Assembly: GCA_051362555.1 (NCBI GenBank)
Contig: CM120644.1
Span: 23,458,534-23,522,533 of the forward strand
Reading direction: 5' to 3'
DNA length: 64,000 nt
Source of the DNA: Lingula anatina
Taxonomy: Eukaryota; Animalia; Brachiopoda
The number at the start of each line of letters is the position of its first letter. Within the stretch, counting starts at the first letter, position 1. The position numbers and the translations under genes are program-made. A model generated the notes under the pieces. That model had not been told where the DNA came from. It did no database searches and was given only the letters and a program-made list of their open reading frames with translations. Below are positions 46,301 to 57,952 of this stretch, piece by piece.

Positions 46301-48846
46301 TACGACCCGCTAGGTCTGTTAGCACCAGTTATTGTTCGAGGTAAAATGTTCATGCAAGAACTCTGGAAAGCGGAACTCGATTGGGATCAAACTTTACCTC
46401 CAGAACTAAGCGAAACTTGGAAAGAAATTGCTGCTGATCTTGAACAATGTTCATTGCTGAAAGTTACCCGGCAGTATTTCTCAAACACCAAGGAGTCACA
46501 ACAGCCCATGGAATTACATTGTTTTGTCGACGCCAGTGAAAAGGCGTATGGATGCGCCGTATATCTACGGAACGGAGAACAAACTACTTTAGTCATGTCT
46601 AAATCGCGCGTTGCCCCAGTGAAAACGATCACTATTCCGCGCCTTGAACTGATGGCAGCCGTTCTAGGAACCCGCCTCACAAGTTTTGTTCATGACCAGC
46701 TGAAAGAGAACATTAACATTGCGAAATGTGTTCTGTGGACAGACAGCCAAATTGTGCTGTGCTGGCTTAAAAGCGACAAACATCTACCGTTGTTTGTCCG
46801 AAATCGTGTCAACGAAATCAAACCGTCGTTGTTCAACGAATACAGATATTGTCCGACGGATGACAACCCGGCCGATCTCATAACACGCGGCACGACCGTA
46901 TCGTCACTAGAAATCGCAACTATATGGTGGGAAGGACCCGCCTGGCTTGCACATGGAGATTGGCCCATAGGAGAGTACAACAGTACTGTAATGCATTTGA
47001 GAACGGAGCGGGCAGAGTTTGCCCCACTTACCCCAAGTGATTCGTTGAATGAGCAACTCTTTAAAAACAATCCAAATGTCATTGACCCTACGACCGCAGT
47101 TCAGGGTCATTCCGTTGAAACTGATATTTCCGACAAAGCCAACAACCAAAGAATGCGAGGAAATCAGCCGCTCACAACGAAAACAGACATTTCAAAGGTG
47201 ATCGACATAGGCCGACATGGCACGCTTCCGAAACTATTAAACGTAACGGCATTGGTGCTCAGATTTGTTGCCGTTATGAAGGGAAAAATACACAAGACGT
47301 CATCTTACGTTATTACAAACGCCTCGCCTTCTGCAGAAGAAATCATTAATGCAGAAGAAATGTGGATCAAGTGTGTTCAAGAGAAAGCTTTCTATCAAGA
47401 ACTTGACTCATTGAAAGGAGGGAAATCTAAATCAAATACTGTTAAGCAACTTGGTTTGTTTTTAGACAGTAATGGCATTATACGACTTACAGGTCGCTTA
47501 CAAAACGCACCCTTGACTTACGACGGAAAACACCCGATACTATTACCACGGCGACATCCATTCACTTTGTTAGTGATAAATGACGCGCACAAACAAGCGC
47601 TACATTCCGGCATGCAATCAACTGTAACAAGTATCAGGCAGAGATTTTGGATCCCCAGAGCACGTGAAACTGTCAACCGCGTCCTACGTAAATGTGTGAT
47701 ATGCAGACGCTTGATCGGCAGACCCTATGCTTCTCCGGTTGCTCCGCCTCTACGAACGTTCAGAGTTCACGATGCTCCCCCGTTTACGGTCACTGGAGTT
47801 GATTTTACAGGGACACTCTACGTCAAAACGTCCACGAATTGTGAAGCGAAAGCCTACATATGTTTATTTACTTGCTCCGCTACTCGCGCCGTCCACCTGG
47901 AAGTTGTGAATGACTTATCTACATCTTCATTTATAAATGCATTTCGAAGATTCGCTGCCAGGAGATCACTACCTACGAAAATGATTAGTGACAACGCAAC
48001 AACTTTTCATTCAGCCGCCAATGAAATCAATAAACTTTTCGAAAATGAAGATGTACGTCGATATCTAAGTCAAAATAGAGTGACGTGGGAATTCATTCCT
48101 AAAAGAGCACCGTGGTTTGGTGGCTTTTGGGAAAGATTAATTGGTCTCACGAAGAATGCAATGAGAAAAACACTAGGACGCGCTCGCATCACGCTAGACG
48201 AATTGCATACCATAACATCGGAAATAGAAGCAACACTGAATGACCGCCCCATTACCTACGTTAATGAGGGTGAACCTCTTACACCATCAATGCTTTTGAA
48301 CGGACGTCGAATCAACACACTGCCTTGCCCACTGACAGATGAGGATGAAGGATTGGATCCGACGTTCGCACCAGATGGCAAAATCTCCAAAGAACGCTTG
48401 ACAAAACGATTGAAACATGTGCAGGAGGTCAATGCACATTTCACACAAAGATGGACCTCCGAATATCTTACTGCGCTAAGAGAAAGGGACAATATGAATG
48501 GGGTTAAGCAAAATACTGTTCAAGTTGGAGACGTAGTACTAATTCATGAGGATATTAAACCTAGACTTTTGTGGGATTTGGGACTAATTACAAAACTGAA
48601 CTACGGCAATGACGGGATAGTGCGATCAGCAACATTGAAAACTAAGTATGGAACAACAAATCGCCCTATTACGAAACTCTATCCTCTAGAAATTTCCGTT
48701 GATTATGACACTGCCCCTGACCTGAGAGAGGTCACACTGTCCAAAGAAATTACTGATGAAAACGTCAACATACCAGCCCGTAACACGAGACGCGCCGCCC
48801 AGCAAGCAAAAGAAAACATCGCTAGATGGATTCAAGAACTGAAATG
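43382..48846 (+). CDS. BEL/Pao Gag-Pol polyprotein (intact single ORF)
   Basis: Gag LPKLILSRFDGNLLQWPAF; triple zinc knuckles CAFCKNEHSSITC/CFNCLTPNHSSRKC/CRSCNGKHHTALH; protease LFDEGA; RT DIEKAF...YVDN; RNase H HCFVDAS; integrase GVDFTG/ISDNA/WERLIG. The track's GTG start lies in the PBS, so ATG 43382 is more likely. Confidence 0.93.
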
Positions 48847-49291
48847 AAAATGAACTTTGATTACTTATGAAACTATTAGACTGTTCAAATGAAACTGTTT
48901 GAGACATTTAATCAAGCGTATTAATGGATTATTTAACCTTATTATTGGAATATTTCTAATATTAGCGTTGCTATGGACTTCGTTTTTTGTTTCAATGACA
49001 ATCTATTGCATAGATGTTTACATTAATCAGTACTTACTGACTAGTACATCGCAAGGACTTGTTGATATGACTTACGTTTAATGGAATTTTTGGATTTCTT
49101 GCTTATTTTATAACACTTAATGCTTTCATGTTTACTTTTACAACTTGTTGCCCCCGGAGAATGTTGGAACGTATGGAAAAAGCATGTCCATGCAAACGAA
49201 GCGCACTATCAGTTGTAGTAACGTATTTTAAAGCTCGTATGTCAATGTCTGTAGTGGACATGGATTTAGTTTTAGCTCCGCCTCCTATTGC

Positions 49292-49959
49292 CACCCTGAG
49301 CTTCAGAGCTAACTTGACACTAACCTCTTCACTGTAGCCTATCTTCATCGTGTCAAGTAACCTCTGACGAAAATAGTTTGACCTAGTTTATATAAGCCAA
49401 TCAAATCCATGTTTCAAAATTTTTCACCAAAGTTTGGTGAAAACGCTGATTGGTTGACCGTCAATCGGCAATCCTCGGCTGATTCCGCAAGCTCCATACT
49501 AACAACATAGTTATTGTCGAGTGCGGAGACATCCGAGTAGTTACGAGTGTATTACCGTACACAAAGAAAGCAAGGCGAGTGACTACGAAAAAGAATGTGT
49601 TAAGTTATCTCTTGATTCTTTGCAAAATATGAGTAAATCGGAATTGAAACCATAGGGTCTAGCAGTTTGAGGCCCTGCATCATTATCTACTGAGAGACGA
49701 TGTTATTTGCGTGCTGCCCACAGGTTACGGCAAGTCCCTGATATTCAGCCTTATCTTTGATTGGTCCGGATTTGAACAAAGCGCGCTTTGACTCGTTCGA
49801 GTTCATTGGCTAGATCGTTTAATGAGTCATTGAGTGCGGGCTTTTAAATTTGATTGGCGGGCGGCGGAGGCAATCGAATCTGGTCAGAGGTTACTTGACA
49901 CGATGAAGATAGGCTACAGTGAAGAGGTTAGTGTCAAGTGAGCTCTGAAGCTCAGGGTG
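49292..49959. mobile_element. 668-bp non-autonomous TIR element (8-bp TSD; hAT- or P-like) in the BEL 3' LTR
   Basis: 77-bp TIRs caccctgagcttcagagct...aacctctgac with 1 mismatch. TSD cctattgc (49284-49291; 49960-49967). Absent from the 5' LTR. Confidence 0.92.
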
Positions 49960-51218
49960 CCTATTGCCTACTTTGTATATATTCACGCCCTGCTCATTGA
50001 GTGGGTAGTTTTTGATCAGTCTCTGTAGATAATAAACGTGTAGTTTTTCAACTCTCGTTTTTTCTCTGAACCGCATACCGACATGGGGTTTCTGTTGATT
50101 TAACTTTATCTTGTAGTTGGTTATATAAATCCCAGAATGCACGAGGGTTGGTTGTTTGCAGATTTTCTAGTGACCGAAAAATGCTGTCCCTAAACATGTT
50201 CCGTTTTCTGTTTAGCAGTTTCTTGTATAATTTTTTCTTTTTGTTAATTTCTATTAGAAGATTTTCTTTACAGGGGTTATGTTTTACTGAACGTGCCTTC
50301 CTTTTAATGTCTCGAAATAGTTCCCTACAATCATTATCGTACCAGTGCTTACTTGTCTTTTTACCTCTTTTCTTATTACTGGGGATTTTCTTATGTAGAC
50401 CTGCTTCCCTACCTAGTTCGTCTAGGGTTTTATTAAAATCAGACAGTCTAAGGTCAACCCCTTCCATTGACGGATCATAGTGTTTATCTATAAAGGCTTT
50501 GAGAGTACCTGTTGACTCTTTTTGGGCCAGGTGGGTTTTCCAGCGCTCTGATGCCTTATTTGTCCAGTGGAATCTGGCTGGGGGGCATGTAAGGTCATCG
50601 GTATTGGCCAAGACATCCAGGTAAGAACACACCTGTGTGTTTAGGGTGCATGAGATCAGACAATGGATGGAGAAGGGAGTAAGCTCATGAACTTGGAAGT
50701 ACTCTGTCTGATCTAGTATAGAAATCTGACATACCATGTAGTCTATTACACTAGGAAAGCCTCTGTAGCTGTAGCACGTACAATAGCCAGCAGTGTCACC
50801 AAGTTTCCTACCATTAACTAATCTGATACCTGTACTCCTACAGAGAGTAAAAGGTTTAGAGCCAATCAAAAATTCGCAGACGAAAGTCAAGGCAAAATTG
50901 GCCAATCATAATCCTGCTTACATTTTACCTGTAAATGTCAATGCCCAAGGAACGTGTAAACAATGTCGGTTACTAGGCTGTCAAGTTGAGAAGTTTCCGT
51001 AAAAAATGAGGTCCAAATGGCTCTAAATCAGACCAAGCGTGAGTGTATGCTCACTCTTAGCTTACAGACACATCCACTGTACTGACCCAAGCTGTATTAG
51101 GTAAGTTGGTGATGGTGTAAAAGAATTTCGAGTGGAGCATATGCTAATTGCTGCATGTGTTTGAGGCGGGGAGTGCTGCAGCAGAAAATGGCTATGTCGT
51201 TCTTGCACATGGATTTTG

Positions 51219-51657
51219 CGGTATGACTGAAATGCGCAATACACCGCAATACAGCGCAACACAGCGCAATACAGTTCAAAAATCAAATCCAGTTGCAATT
51301 ACACTAAAGAAATGACCATTCCCAGCAAAGTAGGGTGATATAAAAACAACCTATATTAATAGGTAAGTAATATCGTTGATATAACTTAACAAATCAGCAA
51401 GACTTTTAATCATATTGTCCGGTTGGCAGCCATGTTGGCGAGTGGCTCTTCTTGGAATTATTACTGGTCAAGAAGAGCTACTCGCCAACCAAACTGACCA
51501 AACAATGAAAAAATTGTCAAGTTGTATCAGCAATATTAATTACTATGTACTATATTTTGCTTTTATATCACCCTATTTTATTTGAGATTACCCTTTCCTG
51601 TGTTTACTTGCAACTGGACTTGTGTTATCAAGTGTATTGCGCATTTCAGTCTCACCC
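51219..51657. mobile_element. Foldback MITE, Mutator-like (9-bp TSD)
   Basis: TSD tggattttg (51210-51218; 51658-51666). Long degenerate arms (gactgaaatgcgcaatacac / gtgtattgcgcatttcagtc; tccagttgcaa / ttgcaactgga; tagggtgatataaaa / ttttatatcacccta) and a central palindrome gttggcgagtggctcttcttg...caagaagagctactcgccaac. Confidence 0.75.
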
Positions 51658-53807
51658 TGGATTTTGTGAACCCCTTTTGACGTTTCGCTGTGTTTCAATT
51701 TCTAGATTTCATTTATCAGTGCAAGTAATTGGTGCGTCCTTGTGGAAAAGTAATTTTTAGATGTTTAGAATAAACAATACTAACTTCTTAGATTTACTTA
51801 GGAAAGTTAATTACATGTAGGTATAATTTAATTTAATGTATAGTTGTTGAAAATAAATACATTTTAAATGTGACAATATGATTTAACTCACCCAACATTT
51901 ATGTACTGCAGGGTTATTGTGACGGGTGACACTCCAATACAAAAGAGAAGACTGTATTTGTACTCATACGGTTGATTTATTGTCTCTTTACACAAACTTG
52001 TGTGACGATACTTGTGTGTATGGTTTAAATCTGTAAATAAAATAAAAGAAAAAATGCTTAAATAACTGACAAAAAACCTAGAGCACATTATATATAGAAA
52101 TAAAGAAACAAACAGATAAATAAATATTAATAAAGTGAATACATTAAATAATAAAGAAAAATGACACTTCTTTTGAATTATCCACGTGTCCACACCCAAA
52201 TTTTACTGAGACTTTTAAATACCACAATTTAATTTATTTACCTAAAACTAAATTTTCACTCAATATGAATTTGATAGTAACAAAGACAGTTGTTAAAAGC
52301 AAAGTACATGAAACTTACAATTTTTTTGTCCTCTTTTTGTATGACAAATTTCTATCTTCTTGGATGTCTGCATAAACTCAACTGCTTGCACCTAAGCTGT
52401 CTGTCTAATCAACTACTCATGCTAAGTGGTAAGTGGCAGTGCCTATTATTAATAGGGGTGTGTGGACTATACTATATGGTAGGGGTGACAGGTTATGTCC
52501 TTTACAGTTATATTTGAATCATGAAGTAGCAAATTACTGATAGATACACTCTCTATATTAACCCATTACAGTGACGTCATATTTGCTCCGTAACACTAGT
52601 CCAGCGGCCATACTGGAGGGAAAGAACGAGGGGAATAGTAGCATAAATATAGGTGAACCAAATAAAATGAAATAATCTTCATATCGCGAACAAGTACACC
52701 AAAAGGAAAATAGTATATACATGTGAAAACTTCAGCTGATCAGCGTGATCAACCCATAGGGTAAACTCAAGACAGTCCAAAAACGTGAAATCCTGACCTA
52801 CCCCTGTATCCCAACATCGTGGAATTGTCAGAAGCTAGTTCAGTTATCTTGTACTTCACTTTTCTTGTTCATTGGGTAATAACAGTTATAGTTTTAGAGA
52901 GTTTACTGTGTAATCATAAGTTCAACCTTTTATAGAGGCAACTTTTTACATAAAGGATAGATATAAGGAGAAATTTGAGCTGACCATCGGGATCAAAGAA
53001 GACAGTATGCAGGGTTGTGACAAGAAATATTGCTGTCAGATATGATTTAACTGTACATCATGAAGCTGTCAGAAATTATTTCAGCATTCTTGTGCTTCAT
53101 TTTGGTTCATTAGGAAGTATTTGTAACATGACTGTTGTTTGAGAGTTCAATATTTTACCATGAATTCAACCATTCACAGAAGCAACATTGTTAGCATTTT
53201 ATTATAAGTCCAGACCTTCACAGAAGCAATGTATTTTTCAAACTTATGACATTCAATGTAACATAACAACAAGTCAGTTCATGAATTGATCTTTATGTAG
53301 CGGTGCACTTCCTCAGCAATCCAGTACAACAACGCTGTGCTTTCTTTTTCATAAATTTAATAGGTTAACGATATATAAGCTACTAAGCAGTGCACAAGCT
53401 GCTCAGCGTCTGCTACGCCGCCATGTTCCTTTTTCCCCCCGATGTTACCCTGGTTTATGCACACCGGCACTATATTTACCCCGTTACATGCCTCCCCGGG
53501 CAGATAAGACTCGTCCCGAGTCTCCAACCTAGTAACTACCGATTATAACTAAGTCCCAACACACTAAATCAACACTGGGTCTAAATCCTTGAAAAAGTTC
53601 ATAACATTAATATCAACACTATTAACAGTAAAATTCCAGGTGAAATGTCTCTTTTAACAGTAAAAGTTCCAGTTAAAATGTTTTTTTTTTTAAATCCTCT
53701 GTCAAAACAACTAACTTGTCCAACATTAACGTGCATATAAACAACAACAATCATAACTGATGAAACCCACAAAGTGCCATTCATAAGAGTTAATCTGCAT
53801 TAATCTG

Positions 53808-56800
53808 TTAGTAGCCATCTCCAATAGCTGCCACAAAGTCTCTGTATTTGGTGGGTCGCCGCACCACTCTTCCTGATCGGGTTGTGACCAAGGGTTCTCC
53901 ACTGTCCTGCGAAGCTCCCTTGTCCTTTCCAGCGTCTACAGTCGCTTCTTCTGTCTTTTCTTCCACTGGGATGTGCTCCTCTCCCTCACAACAGGCAGTA
54001 GCCTCCGGCGCTGCAAACGAATTTCTACTGGTATGTACAATGTAACCTTCTGCTGGAAGTACAGGGGCAAGACGAAGTTGCTCTTGAAAAATGTTGGGTC
54101 TAGGTACATGTATTTTTGATTCATCTTCCTCCGTCACATAGTCTGAATCTGCTTGAAGTGGGTTAGGTATCCTTGGTGCCTCATAGGGTTTCAGTCTGTT
54201 GTGGTGTACAACCATTTTCTTCTTCGTCACCTCATGTTGTATGCGGTAAGTGACACCTGGCATGCCCTCTGCATTCTGGAATCTTTTCTTCACAATATAA
54301 GGCCCTTCCCAAGGAAGTGCTAGTTTTCTGTGCCTTGTTTTGGACACCATGACTAGTAACCACACTTTGTCACCCTCTCTATATGGGTGATGATGAGCCC
54401 ATTTATCATACACCTTTCTTTGCCTCTCCTGTGCCAGGGCTGTATGCTCTTTGGTTGTATCAAAGGCTGCCTGTAGTTCGTTGTGTATGTCCTTTGCGTA
54501 AAACCCAGCCTGCTTCCAATACTGTGGTGTTGGTGTACCATAAATGATGTCTGGTGGCAAACGTGGTTCTCTTCCATGCATAAGGAAAAATGGTGAGAAT
54601 CCTGTACTCTCGTGAACACTAGCATTGTACGCCAAGGCAAGTGGCCCTAATTTTAGGTCCCAGTCTTTACAGTCTTCCTGTGATGTTTTGGCGATCATGT
54701 TCTTTAGCGTCTTATTGAAACGTTCCACCATGCCATTTCCTTGGGGGTGGTATGATGTTGTTCTCGATTTGTAGATCTGTAGCAGGGCACATAACTCCTG
54801 ACACAGACCTGCCTCAAACTGACGACCTTGGTCAGAGTGGAGACTCTCCGGGACGCCATGCTCCCTGACATACTCCCTAAATAATATGTCAGCTACAGTC
54901 TGGGCCGTTTGATCTTTCATTGGATAAACATTGACATATTTGGTGAAATGGTCCTCTACTACCAAAACATACTTGTTTCCCCGGGATGTTGCAGGCAATT
55001 CTGTAATGTCTGTGCAAACCAACTCTAAGGGTCTACTACTTGAAATACTTTCCATGGGTGCTCGCATGGCTGGCAGGGGTTTCCGTCTGCCCACACAACC
55101 GGGACATGTTCTACAATAGTCATGCGTCTCTTGCATCATTCCGGGCCAATAAAATCTCTCCTGAAGCTTCCTGAGAGTTTTGTTTCTGCCTAAATGGCCA
55201 TCTCCTGCTGTCAGTGAATGTATGTCATGTAATGCTGATAGACGTAGACCTGGTGGCATTACCTGACGATAGATCACCTTATCACGTTTTGGAATCTGCC
55301 ACTGGTAACACAGTGTTTCGTTAACAATGGATAAATTTTCAAAATGTCTCCAGAAGGTTCGTAACACGCGTCCTTGGTTCTTAATTTGGTGCCAATCTGG
55401 TTTATTTCCAGATCTGACCCAATTCTTCACCAGTGAAATATCAGGGTCTAGGTCCTGTTCTGATCCTATGGAGCCAGCGATGGATGGGTCTGCTGTGGCT
55501 TCTGGTGAGACTGTGGTTACTTGAACCCTTTTTGTTGAGTCTCTCTCCTCTTTTCCTTTTCTCCCATCTTTCCCTTCCTTCTCCGCACCTTTCTCCATCA
55601 CATAATCTCCACAGTTGAGCATACCGTTTGCCTGAGTGGTGGAAGAAGTGCTTGTCCTTTGTTTGTATTTTCTTGGTTCCAATGCAGGACAGGAGGTCTT
55701 TCCTTGAGCAGCCGGTGGATCCCTGTCGGATGATAAAGTGTCTGGCATCCTGCTCAGAGCATCAGCTGCTCCATTTTGTTTTCCAGGGCGGTATCTTATC
55801 TCCAGGTCTCCAAACGAGGATAACTCAATTGCCCATCTACTTCTCCTTCCTGATACTTCTGCTTCTAAATTCAAGCTTTTGTGGTGAGTGAGTGGTTTAT
55901 GGTCAGTGTAGATGGTTAGATTCGAGCCCCATACATACACATGGAACTGTCTGAGAGCCCATATAATTGCCCAAAACTCCTTGTCGAATGTGGCCCATTT
56001 TCGTTCAGTTTTACTGAGTGATTTGCTTGCAAACACAATTGGGCGCTCCATGCCATCTTGTTCCTGAGACAAGACTGCACCCACAGCCGTGTCTGATGCA
56101 TCTGTGTTTAAGATGAATGGCTCACCCCACCTTGGATGAGCTAGTACGGGAGGGGTAATCAACTTTTCTTTTAACCGCTGAAAGCTCAACTCACACTCTT
56201 CCTTCCAACCAAAAGGCGTACCAGCTTCCAGCAAGCTATTCAGTGGTCTTGCTATGTCAGCGAATCCTTCAACAAACCGACGGTAGTATGAGGCGAGTCC
56301 TAAAAAGCTCCGAACCTCTTGCTGATTCTTGGGTCTTGGCCAATTCTTGACCTTCTCCACGTTACTGGGATCTGGGCGTATCCCCTCTTTTGATACTTCA
56401 TGGCCGACATTAATTGTTTTCGGCTGTGCAATTTTGCATTTACTAGGCTGCAACTTGAGGTTTGCTTCACGCAGCCTCCTAAATACTTCCTCTAGTGTCT
56501 CCAAATGTTCCTCAAAAGTACGTGTACAGATGAATAAATCATCCAAGTACGTGGACATTAACCTCCAGTTCATGCCACTAAACACAAGCTCAATAAGCTT
56601 TGCGAAAAGCGGTGGCGCATTGCATAAGCCAAACGGAAGTCTGGTGAAACGGTACAGATCTGGACCAAATGAGAAAGCGGTCTTATCACGATCTTCTTCA
56701 GATACAGGCACCTGCCAATACCCACTGGTCAGGTCTAGCGTCGTGAATATTGTAGCACCCGCCATACCTGAGAGTACATCGTCGATCCTTGGCAAGGAGT

Positions 56801-57941
56801 GGGCATTTTTCACTGTAACCGAGTTTAACTTGCGATAGTCTATGCAGAAACGTATATCGCCATTTTTCTTTCTCACCAAAACTATTGGAGAGGACCAGGG
56901 ACCATAACATGGTTCGATTATGCCATCTTCCAGCATACCTTGAACTTGCTTCTCTACTTCATCCCTCAAGTGAAATGGGACTCTCCTGGGTTTCTGCTTT
57001 ATTGGATCTGCACTGCCTGTATTGATGGTGTGAGAAAGGATATTGGTGAGACCTCTGTCATTCTGATCTTTACTGAATACGTCACTGTTTCGTTCCAAAC
57101 ACTCCCTGAGCTTCATCATCTGATTATCTGTGAGGTCACATCCCGACAGATCAATTTGGGGACACCCATCACTTGACTTTTCTGCCTTTTCGTGCTCACC
57201 GTCAGACTCTAACAGCTCATACATTCCTCTAACTTTTGAACATTCGTGCTCACTAAGACAATGAAATTCACCAACAGACTGCCCTTGTTTAACGAACAAA
57301 GGTTGATCTGAAACATTGATAACACGGAGGGGAATAAGTGCTTGTTTAGCATTGGCCAAAACTCGTGCTAGACCAATTCCACTTTCTTGAGATGGTTCAA
57401 AAACTCCTTCATAACTCAACATAGGCCTACCTCTTTGGTGTACCAGATGTCCATGGCAAATAATCTCTGAACAAGGTGGCACCCAGCAGTCTTCAGCCAT
57501 ATTGACCCTGCACACACTGGGGGGTCGCGAAGGACTCAGTTCTAATGGATGTGAGACTCCACCAATTACTAGCTCGCGTTTACCCGGATTCATAGCTATA
57601 CCATGTGCCAATATAAAATCCCACCCGATGATCAGTGAATTGTCTACATTACTTCCAACACGGAAGCGATGATTAAAAGACTGGTCCCCGATTGACACTG
57701 TTATATATGAGCAACCCTTTATGGTTAGAATGTCTCCAGTTACTGAGGATGGTCTCTCCTTGGACTCCTCTAGTATCATCTCTGGCGGCTGACATTCTTT
57801 CCAACAATTTTCATGAATAACAGAAATATCAGCTCCTGTATCTAGAAGCGCAAGAACCTCTTTACTTCCAACTTTTACTTTCACAAGTGGTGTGGGTTTT
57901 ACTGGGTCTTCAAAAAATTGTGTGACTGACGACTGACCCAT
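53808..57941 (-). CDS. Gypsy Pol (protease, RT, RNase H, integrase with GPY/F)
   Basis: ALLDTGA; YLDD; LNTDASD; H-H-C-C (HDIH...GHLG...CRTCPGC); CTDI/HSDQG/VERFN; WEGPY. 1377 aa, uninterrupted. Confidence 0.93.
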   Translation of the reverse strand: MGQSSVTQFFEDPVKPTPLVKVKVGSKEVLALLDTGADISVIHENCWKECQPPEMILEESKERPSSVTGDILTIKGCSYITVSIGDQSFNHRFRVGSNVDNSLIIGWDFILAHGIAMNPGKRELVIGGVSHPLELSPSRPPSVCRVNMAEDCWVPPCSEIICHGHLVHQRGRPMLSYEGVFEPSQESGIGLARVLANAKQALIPLRVINVSDQPLFVKQGQSVGEFHCLSEHECSKVRGMYELLESDGEHEKAEKSSDGCPQIDLSGCDLTDNQMMKLRECLERNSDVFSKDQNDRGLTNILSHTINTGSADPIKQKPRRVPFHLRDEVEKQVQGMLEDGIIEPCYGPWSSPIVLVRKKNGDIRFCIDYRKLNSVTVKNAHSLPRIDDVLSGMAGATIFTTLDLTSGYWQVPVSEEDRDKTAFSFGPDLYRFTRLPFGLCNAPPLFAKLIELVFSGMNWRLMSTYLDDLFICTRTFEEHLETLEEVFRRLREANLKLQPSKCKIAQPKTINVGHEVSKEGIRPDPSNVEKVKNWPRPKNQQEVRSFLGLASYYRRFVEGFADIARPLNSLLEAGTPFGWKEECELSFQRLKEKLITPPVLAHPRWGEPFILNTDASDTAVGAVLSQEQDGMERPIVFASKSLSKTERKWATFDKEFWAIIWALRQFHVYVWGSNLTIYTDHKPLTHHKSLNLEAEVSGRRSRWAIELSSFGDLEIRYRPGKQNGAADALSRMPDTLSSDRDPPAAQGKTSCPALEPRKYKQRTSTSSTTQANGMLNCGDYVMEKGAEKEGKDGRKGKEERDSTKRVQVTTVSPEATADPSIAGSIGSEQDLDPDISLVKNWVRSGNKPDWHQIKNQGRVLRTFWRHFENLSIVNETLCYQWQIPKRDKVIYRQVMPPGLRLSALHDIHSLTAGDGHLGRNKTLRKLQERFYWPGMMQETHDYCRTCPGCVGRRKPLPAMRAPMESISSSRPLELVCTDITELPATSRGNKYVLVVEDHFTKYVNVYPMKDQTAQTVADILFREYVREHGVPESLHSDQGRQFEAGLCQELCALLQIYKSRTTSYHPQGNGMVERFNKTLKNMIAKTSQEDCKDWDLKLGPLALAYNASVHESTGFSPFFLMHGREPRLPPDIIYGTPTPQYWKQAGFYAKDIHNELQAAFDTTKEHTALAQERQRKVYDKWAHHHPYREGDKVWLLVMVSKTRHRKLALPWEGPYIVKKRFQNAEGMPGVTYRIQHEVTKKKMVVHHNRLKPYEAPRIPNPLQADSDYVTEEDESKIHVPRPNIFQEQLRLAPVLPAEGYIVHTSRNSFAAPEATACCEGEEHIPVEEKTEEATVDAGKDKGASQDSGEPLVTTRSGRVVRRPTKYRDFVAAIGDGY

Positions 57942-57952
57942 GTCGACAGCCC

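Larger units (their letters stand above)
43109..50083 (+). mobile_element. Full-length BEL/Pao LTR retrotransposon
   Basis: 246-bp LTRs TGTTGG...CCGACA (43109-43354; 49162-50083 minus the MITE), identical by eye. 5-bp TSD tgggg (43104-43108; 50084-50088). PBS at 43360; short PPT before 49162. Confidence 0.95.
40433..50847 (-). mobile_element. 5'-truncated, decayed RTE-X-like LINE interrupted by a solo LTR and a BEL/Pao element
   Basis: TSD taaaagg (40426-40432; 50848-50854); 3' AATAAA + (ATCTGT)n tail. ORF pieces: APE end (GFPSVIDYM, 50089-50847), RT (KSPGIDG, NYRGI, VDFSSAYD, KQGCVLSP, YADD) and C-terminal LRISAHSLHIEKGRY...RLCQIC...EDEVHFILKC. Premature TAA at 43026-43028 and several frameshifts. 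Confidence 0.85.

Noticed and set aside
48899-49081. env-like hydrophobic ORF after BEL pol
   Set aside because: Only 60 aa, TTG start, in an AT-rich 3' UTR, with no env features.
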